A stretch of 64,000 bases of DNA. Origin: Candidatus Bathyarchaeia archaeon. GTDB taxonomy: Archaea > Thermoproteota > Bathyarchaeia > Bathyarchaeales > Bathycorpusculaceae. The notes beneath the pieces were generated by a model. It worked only from the letters and a program-made list of their open reading frames with translations. It did not search any database and was not told where the DNA came from. The position numbers were made by a program, and so were the translations under genes. Location: the NCBI GenBank assembly GCA_038883795.1, contig JAVZLK010000001.1, positions 1-64,000 on the forward strand, given 5' to 3'. Positions 1-9,806 of this stretch are shown in pieces (position 1 is the stretch's first letter; each line of letters starts with the position of its first letter).

Positions 1-159
1 GTTTTCCCATGGGAGATAAAGGAAACAGTTCATAAAATCGTTAAAAAATGTAAGGAGAAGGGAAAACCCATCGAGAATGAGACTGCAAAACTCATTAAGG
101 CTGGAATACCCAAAGAGCTGGTTGATAGGTTTTTGAAAGAAATCGTTGGGGAAAAATGA
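1..159 (+). CDS. 3' end of a hypothetical protein (truncated by window edge)
   Basis: Frame 1 is open from base 1 (VFPWEIKETV...KEIVGEK) to TGA at 157-159, abutting the cgi121 start. Confidence 0.6.
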   Translation, partial: VFPWEIKETVHKIVKKCKEKGKPIENETAKLIKAGIPKELVDRFLKEIVGEK

Positions 160-726
160 TTGCTTAAAGAAATAAAAGAATATGGAAAATACCTTTTAAT
201 AACAGGCTTTAAAAATGTCAAAATTGGAAATCCAGAAGAATTTTTAAAAATGATAAACAAAGAAAAGCCTTCAAATGTTGAAATCCAATTTTTCGATGCA
301 AAACTTATTGCTACATGGCAACACCTATACTTTGCAGCCATAAACGCTTTAACGACATTCAAAAACAAAACGAACATTTCAAAAAGCCTTGCCATGGAAA
401 CTCTGCTTTACGCTTCTGCCCAACACCAAATCAGAAAATCCATGGAAATTTTGGGAATTAAGGCTGACACCTCGGAAATGGCGGTTTTAATAATTGGAGA
501 AAAACCTGACACGATGAAAGCAGCTTTACAAATGGTTTTAAAACATGCCAATGCAAAAGAGGATGAGTCTGTTGTCGAATTGTCAAAAAGAAAAATAGAG
601 CTCATCAAAAAAACCTTTGAAATTTCGGAATTAGAGCTTAAAACTGTGATGAAGAAGGATAATTTGGAAGATGCTCTGATAAGTCTTGTCATTGAAAGGA
701 TGGCGCTTTTGGCAACCCAGCGCTAA
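160..726 (+). CDS. cgi121: KEOPS complex subunit Cgi121
   Basis: QFFDAKLIA..HL..A..NA and SKSLAMETLLYASAQHQI motifs; C-terminal LVIERMAL. Confidence 0.85.
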   Translation: MLKEIKEYGKYLLITGFKNVKIGNPEEFLKMINKEKPSNVEIQFFDAKLIATWQHLYFAAINALTTFKNKTNISKSLAMETLLYASAQHQIRKSMEILGIKADTSEMAVLIIGEKPDTMKAALQMVLKHANAKEDESVVELSKRKIELIKKTFEISELELKTVMKKDNLEDALISLVIERMALLATQR

Positions 727-783
727 TTTGTTTAACGAAAATTTAACTTTAATAAAAACGTCAGTTAGTATTGAAATTCAAAA

Positions 784-1212
784 GTGATGCCCATGAGTGA
801 ATATTGCATTTTCTGTAAAATAGTAAAAGGATTAGAACCTTCATGGACAGTTTATGAAGATAAATTGGTCAAAGCCTTTTTAGACATTAATCCAGCCAAC
901 GAAGGACACACATTAATTATACCAAAAAAGCACTATGAAAACATCTACGAAATTCCTGACAAAGAGCTTAAAAGAATAATCATAGTTGCCAAAGAACTTG
1001 CAAAGCTTTACAAAAGGGCTCTATCTGCCAACGCTATTAACATTCTCCATGCAAGCGGCAAAGAAGCCCAACAAGATGTTTTTCACTTTCACATACACCT
1101 CGTTCCCAGATACGAGAGAGATGGATTAAACTTATGGTATAGGTTAAAGCCAAAGGTAAAAGCGGATTTCGATGAAACTTTACAGAAAATAAAACAACAC
1201 ATTAAAGAATAG
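784..1212 (+). CDS. HIT family hydrolase
   Basis: CIFCKI, FLDINP..GHTLIIPK, histidine triad HFHIH. Confidence 0.93.
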   Translation: MMPMSEYCIFCKIVKGLEPSWTVYEDKLVKAFLDINPANEGHTLIIPKKHYENIYEIPDKELKRIIIVAKELAKLYKRALSANAINILHASGKEAQQDVFHFHIHLVPRYERDGLNLWYRLKPKVKADFDETLQKIKQHIKE

Positions 1213-1225
1213 AGCTCAGCGTTGA

Positions 1226-1759
1226 TTATAGCACTTTTTCTTTCATGATTGCCAAAATCTCGTCAGGCTTTATTACGGATAATCCAGTTAATCCGCCCAC
1301 AACCTCCACTAAAAGGATTTTGTCTGGATTGTTTAGGTTAACTTCTCTTTCAATGTTTGCCGCAGCCGCTTCTATAATGTCTCTTGTGGATGTTTCTGTA
1401 AAACGCTTCTCAACAGTAACGCGGAAGGCTTCGTTTTTCCAAATTTTTGAGCCGAGTTCTGTAGCGGCACGCTGAATTTCGCCCAAATCTGTGCGGACAA
1501 CCCTTTCAATTGGAATTATTCTTAAAATATAACGAAACTCGTAGGGGCGTTCTTGAAGAATTTCCCGAAACTTTTTAATGACTTCGAAGGGGTCGAAAGC
1601 CGTTTTTGCAGCTATTAAACCCGCCACGCCAGTCTTATCAACGGTAGGCGCAGAATCGCCTATTTCTCCAAGCAAATACCACAATTCTGAACATGCCTCG
1701 TCTTCATTTCCACGGGATGTGGTTGCTAAAAGATTAAAATCTCTAAGCATAACTCGCAC
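1226..1759 (-). CDS. THUMP domain RNA-binding protein (Tan1-like)
   Basis: FRVTVEKR and VNLNNPDKILLVEV THUMP motifs. Confidence 0.85.
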   Translation of the reverse strand: MRVMLRDFNLLATTSRGNEDEACSELWYLLGEIGDSAPTVDKTGVAGLIAAKTAFDPFEVIKKFREILQERPYEFRYILRIIPIERVVRTDLGEIQRAATELGSKIWKNEAFRVTVEKRFTETSTRDIIEAAAANIEREVNLNNPDKILLVEVVGGLTGLSVIKPDEILAIMKEKVL

Positions 1760-1822
1760 CTCTTTCCGTGAGAGTCTAATTAATTATTATTTTGTTTTTA
1801 GTAAATTTAACGTTTCAATAAT

Positions 1823-1888
1823 TGGTCAGCGCAGGTTAGTGGCTTTTTCACAGCTTTTGGCTCCCAGCCGTCGCCTCACATCATCCCC
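1823..1888 (-). ncRNA. candidate C/D box sRNA
   Basis: GC-rich intergenic stretch reading gg-AUGAUGU-10nt-CUGG-hairpin-GUGAAA-~15nt-CUGA-cc; ~60 nt, typical archaeal C/D spacing, but C, D' and C' boxes are degenerate. Confidence 0.45.
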
Positions 1889-2017
1889 TTGATTCAAGGG
1901 TTATTCATGTGATTTAAGGATTTCTCTTCGAAGGGTATAGAGTGGGGTTAAAATGTCTTTGGTTAAAATAGATGCTTAACCATAAGCCTATTAAAAAATA
2001 TGATATCTTAAAACAAG

Positions 2018-4165
2018 CTATTCCCTTATACATGGGACAAGCACTTTGAATATTATTATACCTAGCGCAGCAAACAGCAAAGTTGCAATTATAGCGACAA
2101 ATGTAAACTCCGGAATTTCGGTGCTGTTTATAGTGACAGAGTTTGCTTGACCTGCATATGTTATCCAATAATTATTTGTTAGTGGTTCTTGTTCAACGCT
2201 TAGTTGAGTGTAATTGCAATTCTTATAGTTTATCTCCACGATGTCGCTTACATTCAAGATTTTCAAAATTGGCAATTCGTTTATTGGTTTTAAAGCATCA
2301 GAGGTGTTTGTACTTGCACTCAACAACTGCTGATGACCTAAAGGATGTTCAAGAACCCTGAATCTGAGTATACAATTTATGGTATCATGAAAAACATCGG
2401 TTACGTAGACTGGTGTAACGTAAATAGCGTCATCTTCTATGTGGATAGCACTAATATAGAGAATTTTATATGTTTTTGAGAAATATGAGTGGTACAGATT
2501 TAAAATTTCATCATCACTTAGAGCATAACTATAAATTCTAACATCGTCAATTTTTCCCATGAAAAATTCAGGGTAATCTCTTTTACCTATGTTTAGAGGA
2601 GCATTTCCGTCTTCTGGTATTATGATGCCTGTGTAGTTACGACTTGCATTTTTCAAAACTCCATTTTTATAGATTTTTAATACATCATCTTGAATAACAC
2701 CCGTTATGAAAATCCATTCATTAATGGTAATAACCTCTCTAATGTATGCTCCAATTCCATAGCCACCAGTTCTGTTATGAATGTAGAAACAGATGTCATT
2801 AGGTCTGTTAACGGAATTTTCTGCATTGTATATTACAAAATTCCATTCGTATTCGTTTGGCATGCCTTTACCAAAAAAGCGGATATAACCATACTCATTT
2901 GCCGTAGGGTATTGAAGGGTAGCAGGAGATATCCAGAAAGAAATTGTTAAACCATTGGGGTTATTGACAATACTGAATTCTGGCTTATCAGGAACACTTA
3001 CATAATCGTCAATTCCATCCAAATAAAGAGCCTTTCCGCTAATCCCGTCTTCAAATTTTAATGGTGTGCAAAAACTTTGTGCATGATAGGCATTTTTTGA
3101 AGAATCCATCAAATTTCCATCAAATTTTAGCCATAAAATCAAATTATCGTAAAATGGAGTGAAGGGGTCTAAATATCCATTTCTGAATAAAACCCATCCA
3201 TTAAAACCGTAATTTATAACCATTTTTATTTGATTCTCAAAAATCTCTTTAGCGTTTTCTTTGTCATGATAAGCATAGATACCAACTCCTATTAATAGAG
3301 GGATTTTGAGGCTCCATCTTTGCTTTATATTGTCCAACATTCCTCGAAATTCGTTCATGTCTGCTGTATAAGCCATGCCAACCAAGAAATCAACCATATT
3401 GAAATTTTCCCAATAAACCCAATCTTGCAATTCGCCTTCTGGTTCTGGAAAAACCGCACATGATAACTCTTTATTTAAATCGAAAGATTTTATCATAATA
3501 TATGTTTGATTAACAAAATCGGTCACTTGCTGCTTTCTCCACTCTTTCCATTCTGGAGCGTTAGCGTTATCTATTGGGTCAAATCCATAAATTTTCTCAA
3601 AAACTGTTCTAGAATATGGGTCATAAGAATAGTAGGAAGGATAACGTATGTAATCTAAATGGATGCCTTTAACAGCATAATTTTGGATTATCTCACTCAT
3701 AATATTGAAATAATAGGTTTTAACTTCTGGAAGGGCAAAATTAACCCAATCTGAAGTTTGCCCATTCACATCGCACATCGCATAAGAGGAGTTTTGATTA
3801 ACTAGATAATAATCTCTCCCCACGCAAATCCATGCATGGATTAAAAGGTTAAATTGGTTCGCAATCTCGCAAGCTAATTTTAAGGGGTCCCATTCAAAAT
3901 AGTGATTATTTGAAATATTGGAGTTGTAGAAAATGTAACCTTCGCTTGATTTTGTCAAAACGAATATTTCATTGATGCCTATTTGATGATAATGTTCAAA
4001 CTCGTCTAACAATTGAATCCGAGCTGATGTATAATTCGCGTTCAAATCCCCCAAACTATACCAAATGCCATGCCTTAAAACTTCAGTATTACTTAAAGAT
4101 GGAATAAAAGTTAGAAAGAGTGAAAATATTATTAGGATTAACATTATGATTTTAACCTTGTTCAT
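2018..4165 (-). CDS. secreted glycoside hydrolase (GHL10/DUF187-like TIM barrel) + LamG/ConA domain + PEF-CTERM anchor
   Basis: Signal peptide; IHAWI and GIHLDYIRYP motifs; LamG motifs LYLDGIDDYV and GKIDDVRIYSYALS; C-terminal IPEF+TM; SD GAGGTG upstream of ATG 4165. Confidence 0.8.
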   Translation of the reverse strand: MNKVKIIMLILIIFSLFLTFIPSLSNTEVLRHGIWYSLGDLNANYTSARIQLLDEFEHYHQIGINEIFVLTKSSEGYIFYNSNISNNHYFEWDPLKLACEIANQFNLLIHAWICVGRDYYLVNQNSSYAMCDVNGQTSDWVNFALPEVKTYYFNIMSEIIQNYAVKGIHLDYIRYPSYYSYDPYSRTVFEKIYGFDPIDNANAPEWKEWRKQQVTDFVNQTYIMIKSFDLNKELSCAVFPEPEGELQDWVYWENFNMVDFLVGMAYTADMNEFRGMLDNIKQRWSLKIPLLIGVGIYAYHDKENAKEIFENQIKMVINYGFNGWVLFRNGYLDPFTPFYDNLILWLKFDGNLMDSSKNAYHAQSFCTPLKFEDGISGKALYLDGIDDYVSVPDKPEFSIVNNPNGLTISFWISPATLQYPTANEYGYIRFFGKGMPNEYEWNFVIYNAENSVNRPNDICFYIHNRTGGYGIGAYIREVITINEWIFITGVIQDDVLKIYKNGVLKNASRNYTGIIIPEDGNAPLNIGKRDYPEFFMGKIDDVRIYSYALSDDEILNLYHSYFSKTYKILYISAIHIEDDAIYVTPVYVTDVFHDTINCILRFRVLEHPLGHQQLLSASTNTSDALKPINELPILKILNVSDIVEINYKNCNYTQLSVEQEPLTNNYWITYAGQANSVTINSTEIPEFTFVAIIATLLFAALGIIIFKVLVPCIRE

Positions 4166-4394
4166 TGGGTACACCTCATTAATAATAGAAACCCAAGTCC
4201 AAATGTTTGTATATTGCAAGCATAACTCACGTTATGCCCAGCAAGGTAGTTACAACGATTGCACGCGCGCATCATCCTATAATCAATGGTTTATCACACA
4301 AATTTATCCATTTTGAAAATTTTAAAGCAACATGCTTAAATTTTGGCAATAAAACTTCACTAATCTAAAACGAGAAGGGAGAAGGCGAAACGTT

Positions 4395-5351
4395 ATGCAA
4401 AGAAAACCAGCCATAGCAGTTCACGGGGGAGCAGGAACTTGGCAGCTGGAAAGAAGCCAGTCTGGTTTAGAAGGCGTTAAAAAAGCTGCGCTAAAGGGCT
4501 TTGAAATTTTGAAAAATGACGGAACCGCCTTAGACAGCGTCACAGAAGCTGTTGCAGTCTTAGAAGATGAAGGCGCTTTCAATGCTGGTTATGGCTCGAG
4601 CCTAAACATAGAGAAAGGAATAGAGATGGAAGCATCCATCATGGATGGGAAAACGCTGCGGGCGGGCGCTGCTGGACTTTTAAAAGACATTAAGAACCCA
4701 GTTCGTTTGGCAAGGATTGTTATGGAAAAAACAGACCACGTGCTCGTAGTCGGCGAAGGCGCAGAAAAACTTGCAAAAATCTATAATTTGGAGAGAAGAA
4801 ACCCAATAACTGAGCTTAGGTTGAAATATTATGAACAACAGAAAAAGGCTTTGCTTGAGGGAAAATTTGAGCTTCCAAAACTCGCCGAGCTGATAAAGGA
4901 GCATCCGGAAATTTTTGAGCTTGAAACTGTGGGGGCGGTTGCCATAGACAAAGATGGAAATGTCGCAGCCGCCACATCCACCGGTGGATTCCCATTAAAA
5001 CTTCCTGGAAGAATTGGCGATTCTCCACTGATCGGATGCGGCACCTACGCTGATAATCAAGCTGGAGCATGCTCAGCCACCGGCGTAGGCGAAATAGCAA
5101 TAAGGCTTGTTTTGGCGAAGACTGTTTGCAATTATATGGAAAGTGGAAAAACAGCGCAGGAAGCGGCTGAAATGGCAATAAACCTTGTCAACAAAAGATT
5201 ATCATCCACATACAATAGTATGGGTTTGATTGCCATAGACACTTATGGAAGAATTGGCGCAGCCCACAATTCGTCAAACTTGTGCTGGGCGTATATAACA
5301 TCAGAAATGAAGGAGCCTATGGCTTCTTTAACAGCCAAAATAGTAAAATAG
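4395..5351 (+). CDS. isoaspartyl peptidase/L-asparaginase (Ntn hydrolase)
   Basis: HGGAG, E|TVGAVA autoproteolysis site, TSTGG, GRIGDSP. Confidence 0.95.
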   Translation: MQRKPAIAVHGGAGTWQLERSQSGLEGVKKAALKGFEILKNDGTALDSVTEAVAVLEDEGAFNAGYGSSLNIEKGIEMEASIMDGKTLRAGAAGLLKDIKNPVRLARIVMEKTDHVLVVGEGAEKLAKIYNLERRNPITELRLKYYEQQKKALLEGKFELPKLAELIKEHPEIFELETVGAVAIDKDGNVAAATSTGGFPLKLPGRIGDSPLIGCGTYADNQAGACSATGVGEIAIRLVLAKTVCNYMESGKTAQEAAEMAINLVNKRLSSTYNSMGLIAIDTYGRIGAAHNSSNLCWAYITSEMKEPMASLTAKIVK

Positions 5352-5475
5352 CGTCTAAAGGCATGATAAAAACAGGACTTATTGGTTTTTATTCTCGACG
5401 TTTGCCGAACAAAAATGTTTAAAATGTTGTTAAGCATGCTTCCTAAAGCACCAAAACTGGTAAGGAGGTGAAAAA

Positions 5476-5553
5476 GTGCGAGAGGAAGAGGAATGGGAAG
5501 AAGAGGAATGGGAAGAAGGCGAAGAGGAAGAGTGGGAAGAGGAAGAATGGTGA
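5476..5553 (+). CDS. 25-aa ultra-acidic Trp-repeat peptide MREEEEWEEEEWEEGEEEEWEEEEW
   Basis: SD AAGGAGGTGA at 5462-5471, GTG 5476, TGA 5551-5553; Glu codons alternate GAA/GAG; T-rich tract downstream. Confidence 0.7.
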   Translation: MREEEEWEEEEWEEGEEEEWEEEEW

Positions 5554-5673
5554 GAAATTACAAGCCTGTAAAAGTTTTTGCAACTTTTCTTTATCAATAT
5601 TTTGTGAATAATTGTTGATAAAAAGAGTTAAACAGAAGTAAAAGAAGTATTATTCTTAGCATGTGATTAAGGG

Positions 5674-5940
5674 ATGATTACAAACAAGATAAAGAAACGC
5701 CACTTGTTGCTCTTTAGCCTTCTCGTGATTGGTCTTATCGTATCTCTTATCGGTGTTGCTTTTTTCAGAGGTGAACAAAATCCACAACCCGAAGAATTTC
5801 GTTTAATCTTTTACCTTTCCATACTTGGAACGATTATCTTTGCTATTCTTTTAGCACTTGGAATAATGTATTTGGGAAGATTAAGGATATCACTAAAAGG
5901 AAGCAAACGAAACATTTTTTATTCTTTGAGCATTCATTAG
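5674..5940 (+). CDS. small two-TM membrane protein
   Basis: Two hydrophobic segments; fills the gap upstream of the ABCE1 gene. Confidence 0.55.
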   Translation: MITNKIKKRHLLLFSLLVIGLIVSLIGVAFFRGEQNPQPEEFRLIFYLSILGTIIFAILLALGIMYLGRLRISLKGSKRNIFYSLSIH

Positions 5941-5950
5941 CGGTTTAACC

Positions 5951-7738
5951 ATGACAAGAGTTGCCGTATTAGACGCTTACAAGTGCAAACCAAAACGTTG
6001 CGGTAGACTATGCCATCGCTTCTGTCCTATAGTCCGCACTCGTGTGGAAGCCATAAGATTCGAAAAAGACAAACCCGTAATAGTGGAGTCTCTCTGCACT
6101 GGATGCGGAATATGCGTAAAGAAATGTCCCTTCAAAGCCATATCCATAGTAAACCTTCCAGACGAATTAGAAAGGGAGTGCAGCCACCGCTTTGGAGAAA
6201 ACACCTTCAAACTCTACAGACTTCCAACACCTTCGCCTGGTACAGTTTTGGGATTGCTTGGACAGAACGGAATAGGCAAAACAACAACCCTCAAAATATT
6301 CTCAAACGAAATCAAAATAAACCTTGGAAACTACAAGGAACCGCCAAGCTGGGACGAAATCATCCGCCATTTTAGAGGCTCAACCCTTCAAGAGTATTTC
6401 CAAAAAATGGCTGAAGGCAAACTCAAAGTTTCACACAAACCCCAGTATGTGGACAAAATTCCGAAAGTTGTTTCCGGAAACGTTGGAGAACTACTGGAAA
6501 AAGTGGATGAGAGGAAGAAACTGGAAAAATTTGCAGAGCAGCTTGAACTTAAACAGCTCTGGAGCCGACCCCTTGAAGTTTTAAGCGGCGGCGAACTGCA
6601 GCGTGTAGCGGTTGCCGCAGCCATTTGCCGCGAAGCCGACGTTTACCTTTTCGATGAACCATCAAGCTATTTGGATGTAAAGCAAAGGTTGGAAGTTGCA
6701 AAAGCCATAAGAAGCCTAAAAAACGATGAAAAATCAGTAATTGTGGCAGAACACGATTTGGCAATACTGGATTATTTGTCAGACCAAATCTGCATCTTCT
6801 ACGGAGAACCAGGCGTTTACGGCGTCGTCTCAAACGTTCACGGCATCAGAACTGGCATAAACATTTACCTTCAAGGTTACATTCCAGACGAAAACGTCCG
6901 TTTTAGAAAAGAAGCAGTGATATTCCATGAAAAACCGCCAACCGTGAGTTTTGGCGCCGGCGAAACCTTGCTGAAATGGGGAAAAATGACAAAATCATAT
7001 GAAGGGTTTAAGCTTCATGTTCAAGCTGGGGAAATAAAAAGAGGGGATATAATCGGAATTTTGGGACCTAACGGTATAGGAAAAACCACCTTTGTAAAAA
7101 TTTTGGCTGGAGTAGAAAAAGCCGATGGTGGAGTGAAATTTGGCGAATTAGAAGTAAGCTATAAGCCTCAGTACATATCTGCAGAATATGAGGGCACAGT
7201 TCAAGAACTTTTAATGAGCGTTGCAAAAGAAAATTTCTCTTTAAGCTGGTATAGAACGGAGATTCTCCAACCATTAAAGATAGATTTGCTTTTGGACAGA
7301 AAGGTCATGGAACTTAGCGGCGGCGAACTCCAAAAAGTCGCCATAGCCGCATGCCTATCTCGCAAAGCTGAAATTTACCTACTAGACGAGCCAAGCGCCT
7401 ATTTGGATGTGGAAGAAAGGTTAAACATGGCAAGAGCCATCCGAAGGGTTGTTGAAACCCACAACGTAGCAGCCTTTGTTGTTGAACATGATGTGGTTGC
7501 ACAGGATTTCATAGCTGATCGTCTTATGGTTTTTACTGGAACCCCGGGAATCGAGGGCACGGCAAATTCGCCCACAAGCCTAAGAGATGGAATGAACATG
7601 TTTTTGAAGGAAATGGAAGTCACCTTCAGAAGAGACCCAACAACGAAAAGACCAAGAGTTAATAAAGAAGGCTCGAAGCTTGACAAGTTTCAAAAGGAAA
7701 TTGGAGAATATTATTATGTTCGTTCACTCCACCAATGA
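5951..7738 (+). CDS. rli: ribosome recycling ATPase ABCE1/Rli1
   Basis: N-terminal 2x[4Fe-4S] Cys motifs; two ABC domains (GQNGIGKTT, GPNGIGKTT, LSGGELQ). Confidence 0.97.
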   Translation: MTRVAVLDAYKCKPKRCGRLCHRFCPIVRTRVEAIRFEKDKPVIVESLCTGCGICVKKCPFKAISIVNLPDELERECSHRFGENTFKLYRLPTPSPGTVLGLLGQNGIGKTTTLKIFSNEIKINLGNYKEPPSWDEIIRHFRGSTLQEYFQKMAEGKLKVSHKPQYVDKIPKVVSGNVGELLEKVDERKKLEKFAEQLELKQLWSRPLEVLSGGELQRVAVAAAICREADVYLFDEPSSYLDVKQRLEVAKAIRSLKNDEKSVIVAEHDLAILDYLSDQICIFYGEPGVYGVVSNVHGIRTGINIYLQGYIPDENVRFRKEAVIFHEKPPTVSFGAGETLLKWGKMTKSYEGFKLHVQAGEIKRGDIIGILGPNGIGKTTFVKILAGVEKADGGVKFGELEVSYKPQYISAEYEGTVQELLMSVAKENFSLSWYRTEILQPLKIDLLLDRKVMELSGGELQKVAIAACLSRKAEIYLLDEPSAYLDVEERLNMARAIRRVVETHNVAAFVVEHDVVAQDFIADRLMVFTGTPGIEGTANSPTSLRDGMNMFLKEMEVTFRRDPTTKRPRVNKEGSKLDKFQKEIGEYYYVRSLHQ

Positions 7739-7754
7739 AGCGGCTTGGTAAAAC

Positions 7755-8177
7755 ATGGAGAAAATAGAAGAAAGCGAAAAGAAATTGTTGGAAGCGGCTT
7801 CTAAAGCGATGGATAAGGCTTACGTGCTTTGGGGCTTCAAGGTTGGCGCCGCCGTACTTGCGGAAGATGGCAAAATTTATGAAGGATGCAATGTTGAAAG
7901 CTGGATTTCTGGACTTGGAACATGCGCTGAAAGATGCGCCATCGACCACGCCATCCTCCACGGCAACCGAAAAATCAAAGAAATAGCCATAGTCATGGAT
8001 AAAGAAAACAAAAATGAAACTGCACCATGTGGTGCTTGCCTCCAATACATCAACGATTTCGCAAAAAACAACAAAATTAAAATTGTCACGGCAAAAACAG
8101 AAAAGGGCAAAATCCTGTTTGAAACCGTTAAAGTAAAGAGTCTCAGAGAACTTCTGCCTAACCCCTTCAGAAAATGA
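7755..8177 (+). CDS. cdd: cytidine deaminase
   Basis: GCNVE, CAE and PCGAC zinc motifs. Confidence 0.88.
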   Translation: MEKIEESEKKLLEAASKAMDKAYVLWGFKVGAAVLAEDGKIYEGCNVESWISGLGTCAERCAIDHAILHGNRKIKEIAIVMDKENKNETAPCGACLQYINDFAKNNKIKIVTAKTEKGKILFETVKVKSLRELLPNPFRK

Positions 8178-8269
8178 ACAGAAACAACCGAAAACCGTAG
8201 TTAAATTAAATAGATGGCTGAACCATAACCATAAAATGTTGCTATTATAAGAGTGCCGGTGAAAGACAA

Positions 8270-9799
8270 GTGGTGGCTCAAACAACCTTTGAAGAAATTA
8301 GCGCTTCCGACTTCTTTTACCGTAATAGGGACATTGCTGGCTTTACCAACCCATCCAGAGCCATTTTTGCAGCCATAAGAGAGCTGGTGGAAAACTCTTT
8401 GGATGCTGCGGAAAGCCTAAAAATACCGCCGGACATTTATGTTAGGCTCTCTTATGAGGGGGAAGCCAGCAAAGAAACCCAAATTTATCGGCTGAGGGTT
8501 GAGGATAATGGTATTGGTGTTCCTCCTAGGCATATTCCTTCCGCCTTTGGACAGGTGCTTTACGGCTCAAAATATAAGCTGAAGCAGCAAAGGGGAACTT
8601 TTGGTTTAGGCGGGAAAATGGCGCTTTTGTATGGGCAAATTACGACTCATCAGCCAGCCACCATAATTTCAAGCACTGGCATAACAAAGATTTACATGTA
8701 TAAGCTCATGATTGACATTCAAAGGAATCGCCCCATAATTCTTGACAGAAAAATCTTGTTAAACAAGGAGGGGTGGCGGGGAACCATCGTTGAATTCACA
8801 TTGGAAGGCGACTATTTCAGGGCTATGCCAAAAATCCTTGATTATTTTAAACAGACGGCTATGGTGAACCCATACGCAAATTTGACTTTTGTTGACCCTA
8901 AAGGAAGGCTTTACAAGTTCACGAGAGTAACAAAGGAAATGCCGGAACCACCTAAAGAGACTAAGCCGCATCCTTACGGTGTTGATGTGGAACTTCTTCA
9001 GAGGCTTATACAGATAACCCCCCACAAAAACATGCTTGATTTTTTGAAAAACCATTTCCACAGAGTTGGAGAAGTAACAGCCCAAAAGTTTTTGGAGTTC
9101 AGCAACATAAGCCCATCAAAAAACCCAAAGAAACTTACTCATGAGGAAATTGTTAGATTAATGCACATGCTTAAAAGGTTCAAGGATTTCTTGGCGCCGG
9201 ATGCAAGCTGCCTTTCACCTTTGGGCGAAGAACTATTAAAAGCTGGAATAATGAAAGAGCTTAAACCAGAATTTGTGGCTGTTCACCAACGCAAACCAGC
9301 AACTTATGCTGGTCATCCTTTCATTGTTGAGGTTGGAATAGCTTACGGTGGAGAAATTCCAAAGAAGGATGGATTCCTGATTTACCGTTTTGCTAATAGG
9401 ATTCCGTTGCTTTATGATGAAGCTAGTGATGTTTCAGTTAAAGTGATAGAGGCTATGAACTGGCGCAGGTATAAGGTTACGCCAGACATGCCCATCGCCA
9501 TAATGGTTCACATTTGCAGCACAAAGGTTCCATACAAAACAGTTGGCAAAGAATTCGTCGCTGACAGACCAGAAGTTAGAAGGGAAATAGCCAATGGGCT
9601 TAGGGAGGTTGCCCGCCAACTTCAACACTTCTTAACCAGAATAGAGCATGTGGATAGAGAGAAGAAAAGGTTGGGCGTTTTTAGTAAGTATTTGCCAAAA
9701 ATAGCCCAGTTTTCAGCAAAATTAGCGGGTAAAGAGAAACTTCCAGATATTGATAAGTTGTTGAGGAGTGTGAGACGTTTTGGAGCAGAAGAAACATAA
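8270..9799 (+). CDS. top6B: DNA topoisomerase VI subunit B
   Basis: GHKL motifs ELVENSLDA and DNGIG; RFANRIPLLY. Confidence 0.97.
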   Translation: MVAQTTFEEISASDFFYRNRDIAGFTNPSRAIFAAIRELVENSLDAAESLKIPPDIYVRLSYEGEASKETQIYRLRVEDNGIGVPPRHIPSAFGQVLYGSKYKLKQQRGTFGLGGKMALLYGQITTHQPATIISSTGITKIYMYKLMIDIQRNRPIILDRKILLNKEGWRGTIVEFTLEGDYFRAMPKILDYFKQTAMVNPYANLTFVDPKGRLYKFTRVTKEMPEPPKETKPHPYGVDVELLQRLIQITPHKNMLDFLKNHFHRVGEVTAQKFLEFSNISPSKNPKKLTHEEIVRLMHMLKRFKDFLAPDASCLSPLGEELLKAGIMKELKPEFVAVHQRKPATYAGHPFIVEVGIAYGGEIPKKDGFLIYRFANRIPLLYDEASDVSVKVIEAMNWRRYKVTPDMPIAIMVHICSTKVPYKTVGKEFVADRPEVRREIANGLREVARQLQHFLTRIEHVDREKKRLGVFSKYLPKIAQFSAKLAGKEKLPDIDKLLRSVRRFGAEET

Positions 9800-9806
9800 A
9801 ATTAGT

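Noticed and set aside
4221-4280. Palindrome CATAAC-TCAC-GTTATG and GC-rich patch upstream of the glycoside hydrolase
   Set aside because: Single short occurrence; chance cannot be excluded
5480-5550. Purine tandem repeat as CRISPR or microsatellite
   Set aside because: No unique spacers; variation is synonymous in one frame, so treated as coding
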